Below, piece by piece: positions 63,427 through 64,000 of a stretch of DNA of 64,000 bases. The notes below the pieces were generated by a model. That model was not told the origin of the DNA, ran no database searches, and saw only the letters and a program-made list of their open reading frames with translations. The position numbers and the translations under genes are program-made. The stretch spans positions 35,588,001 through 35,652,000 of the forward strand of contig NC_043007.1 of NCBI RefSeq assembly GCF_006345805.1. Reading direction: 5' to 3'. The DNA is from Octopus sinensis. Taxonomy: Eukaryota. Numbering within the stretch: position 1 is the stretch's first letter; each line of letters begins with the position of its first letter.

Positions 63427-63650
63427 TATGTTATTATATATAGATATATATGTAATTATATATTATATTATGTATAATAATAATATAATATGTATATTAT
63501 ATATATATATATTATGTATATTATATATATATATATAATGTATATTATATAAATATATTTATGTATTATTGTAGTATATATACATACACATATAATATTA
63601 TGTATATTAGATATATATATGTATAGTATATATATTATCTGTAAATATAA

Positions 63651-63853
63651 TATGTGAGAATTATTCGGTAGCCATGATAAAACTCTGAGTTTCAGATGTT
63701 GGGGTGGAAACCCATGCACCAATACATCCGAAACTCAGTGTTTTATCATGGCTACTGAATAATTGTCACATAGTATATTTACAGATAAATTCCTCTATTT
63801 ACCTAATGTCGAAGTCTCTTTCATTCTTTCGTTGTCTTACCATTTTCTATCAA
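63651..63853. repeat. Diverged third copy of the 58897 fold-back family, opposite orientation
   Basis: Arms ~63651-63702 / 63719-63772; the tail at 63780-63853 is the reverse complement of the family's unpaired end. Confidence 0.8.
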
Positions 63854-63873
63854 TATATATATATTATGTATAT

Positions 63874-63928
<55 letters not shown>

Positions 63929-64000
63929 TGTATGTATGTATGTATATGTATTCATGTATGCTTAAATACACACATTCACACTCACTCAAATATGTGGGTT

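Overview
AT-rich, repeat-dense eukaryotic DNA. Its tRNA-derived SINE families and its (TA)n/(AAT)n/(TATC)n microsatellite load resemble an Octopus-type cephalopod genome (inference, not a database match). I could not confidently identify any host protein-coding gene. Most ORF-track entries are microsatellite or SINE artefacts, and only two weak candidate first exons are reported. Supported contents: four SINE families in many copies; two decayed Penelope-like retroelements (RT plus truncated GIY-YIG at ~9.97-11.49 kb, and a Cys-rich GIY-YIG at ~28.1-28.65 kb that the ORF track mostly missed); three other LINE RT remnants; three mariner relics and one maT (DD37D) relic; a 3.2-kb hAT element nested in a hAT MITE; and non-autonomous Helitrons plus piggyBac-, pogo-, Charlie- and Merlin/MULE-like MITEs. 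The most notable signal is a set of short, microsatellite-embedded, often fold-back elements carrying minimal type-I hammerhead ribozyme folds. One has a swapped G3:C8 core (GUGAACA) and one family has U at position 6. Related palindromic elements turn back at a different point in each copy, suggesting Penelope-driven, ribozyme-bearing fold-back retroposons. All alignments were done by eye, and coordinates of degenerate repeats are approximate.
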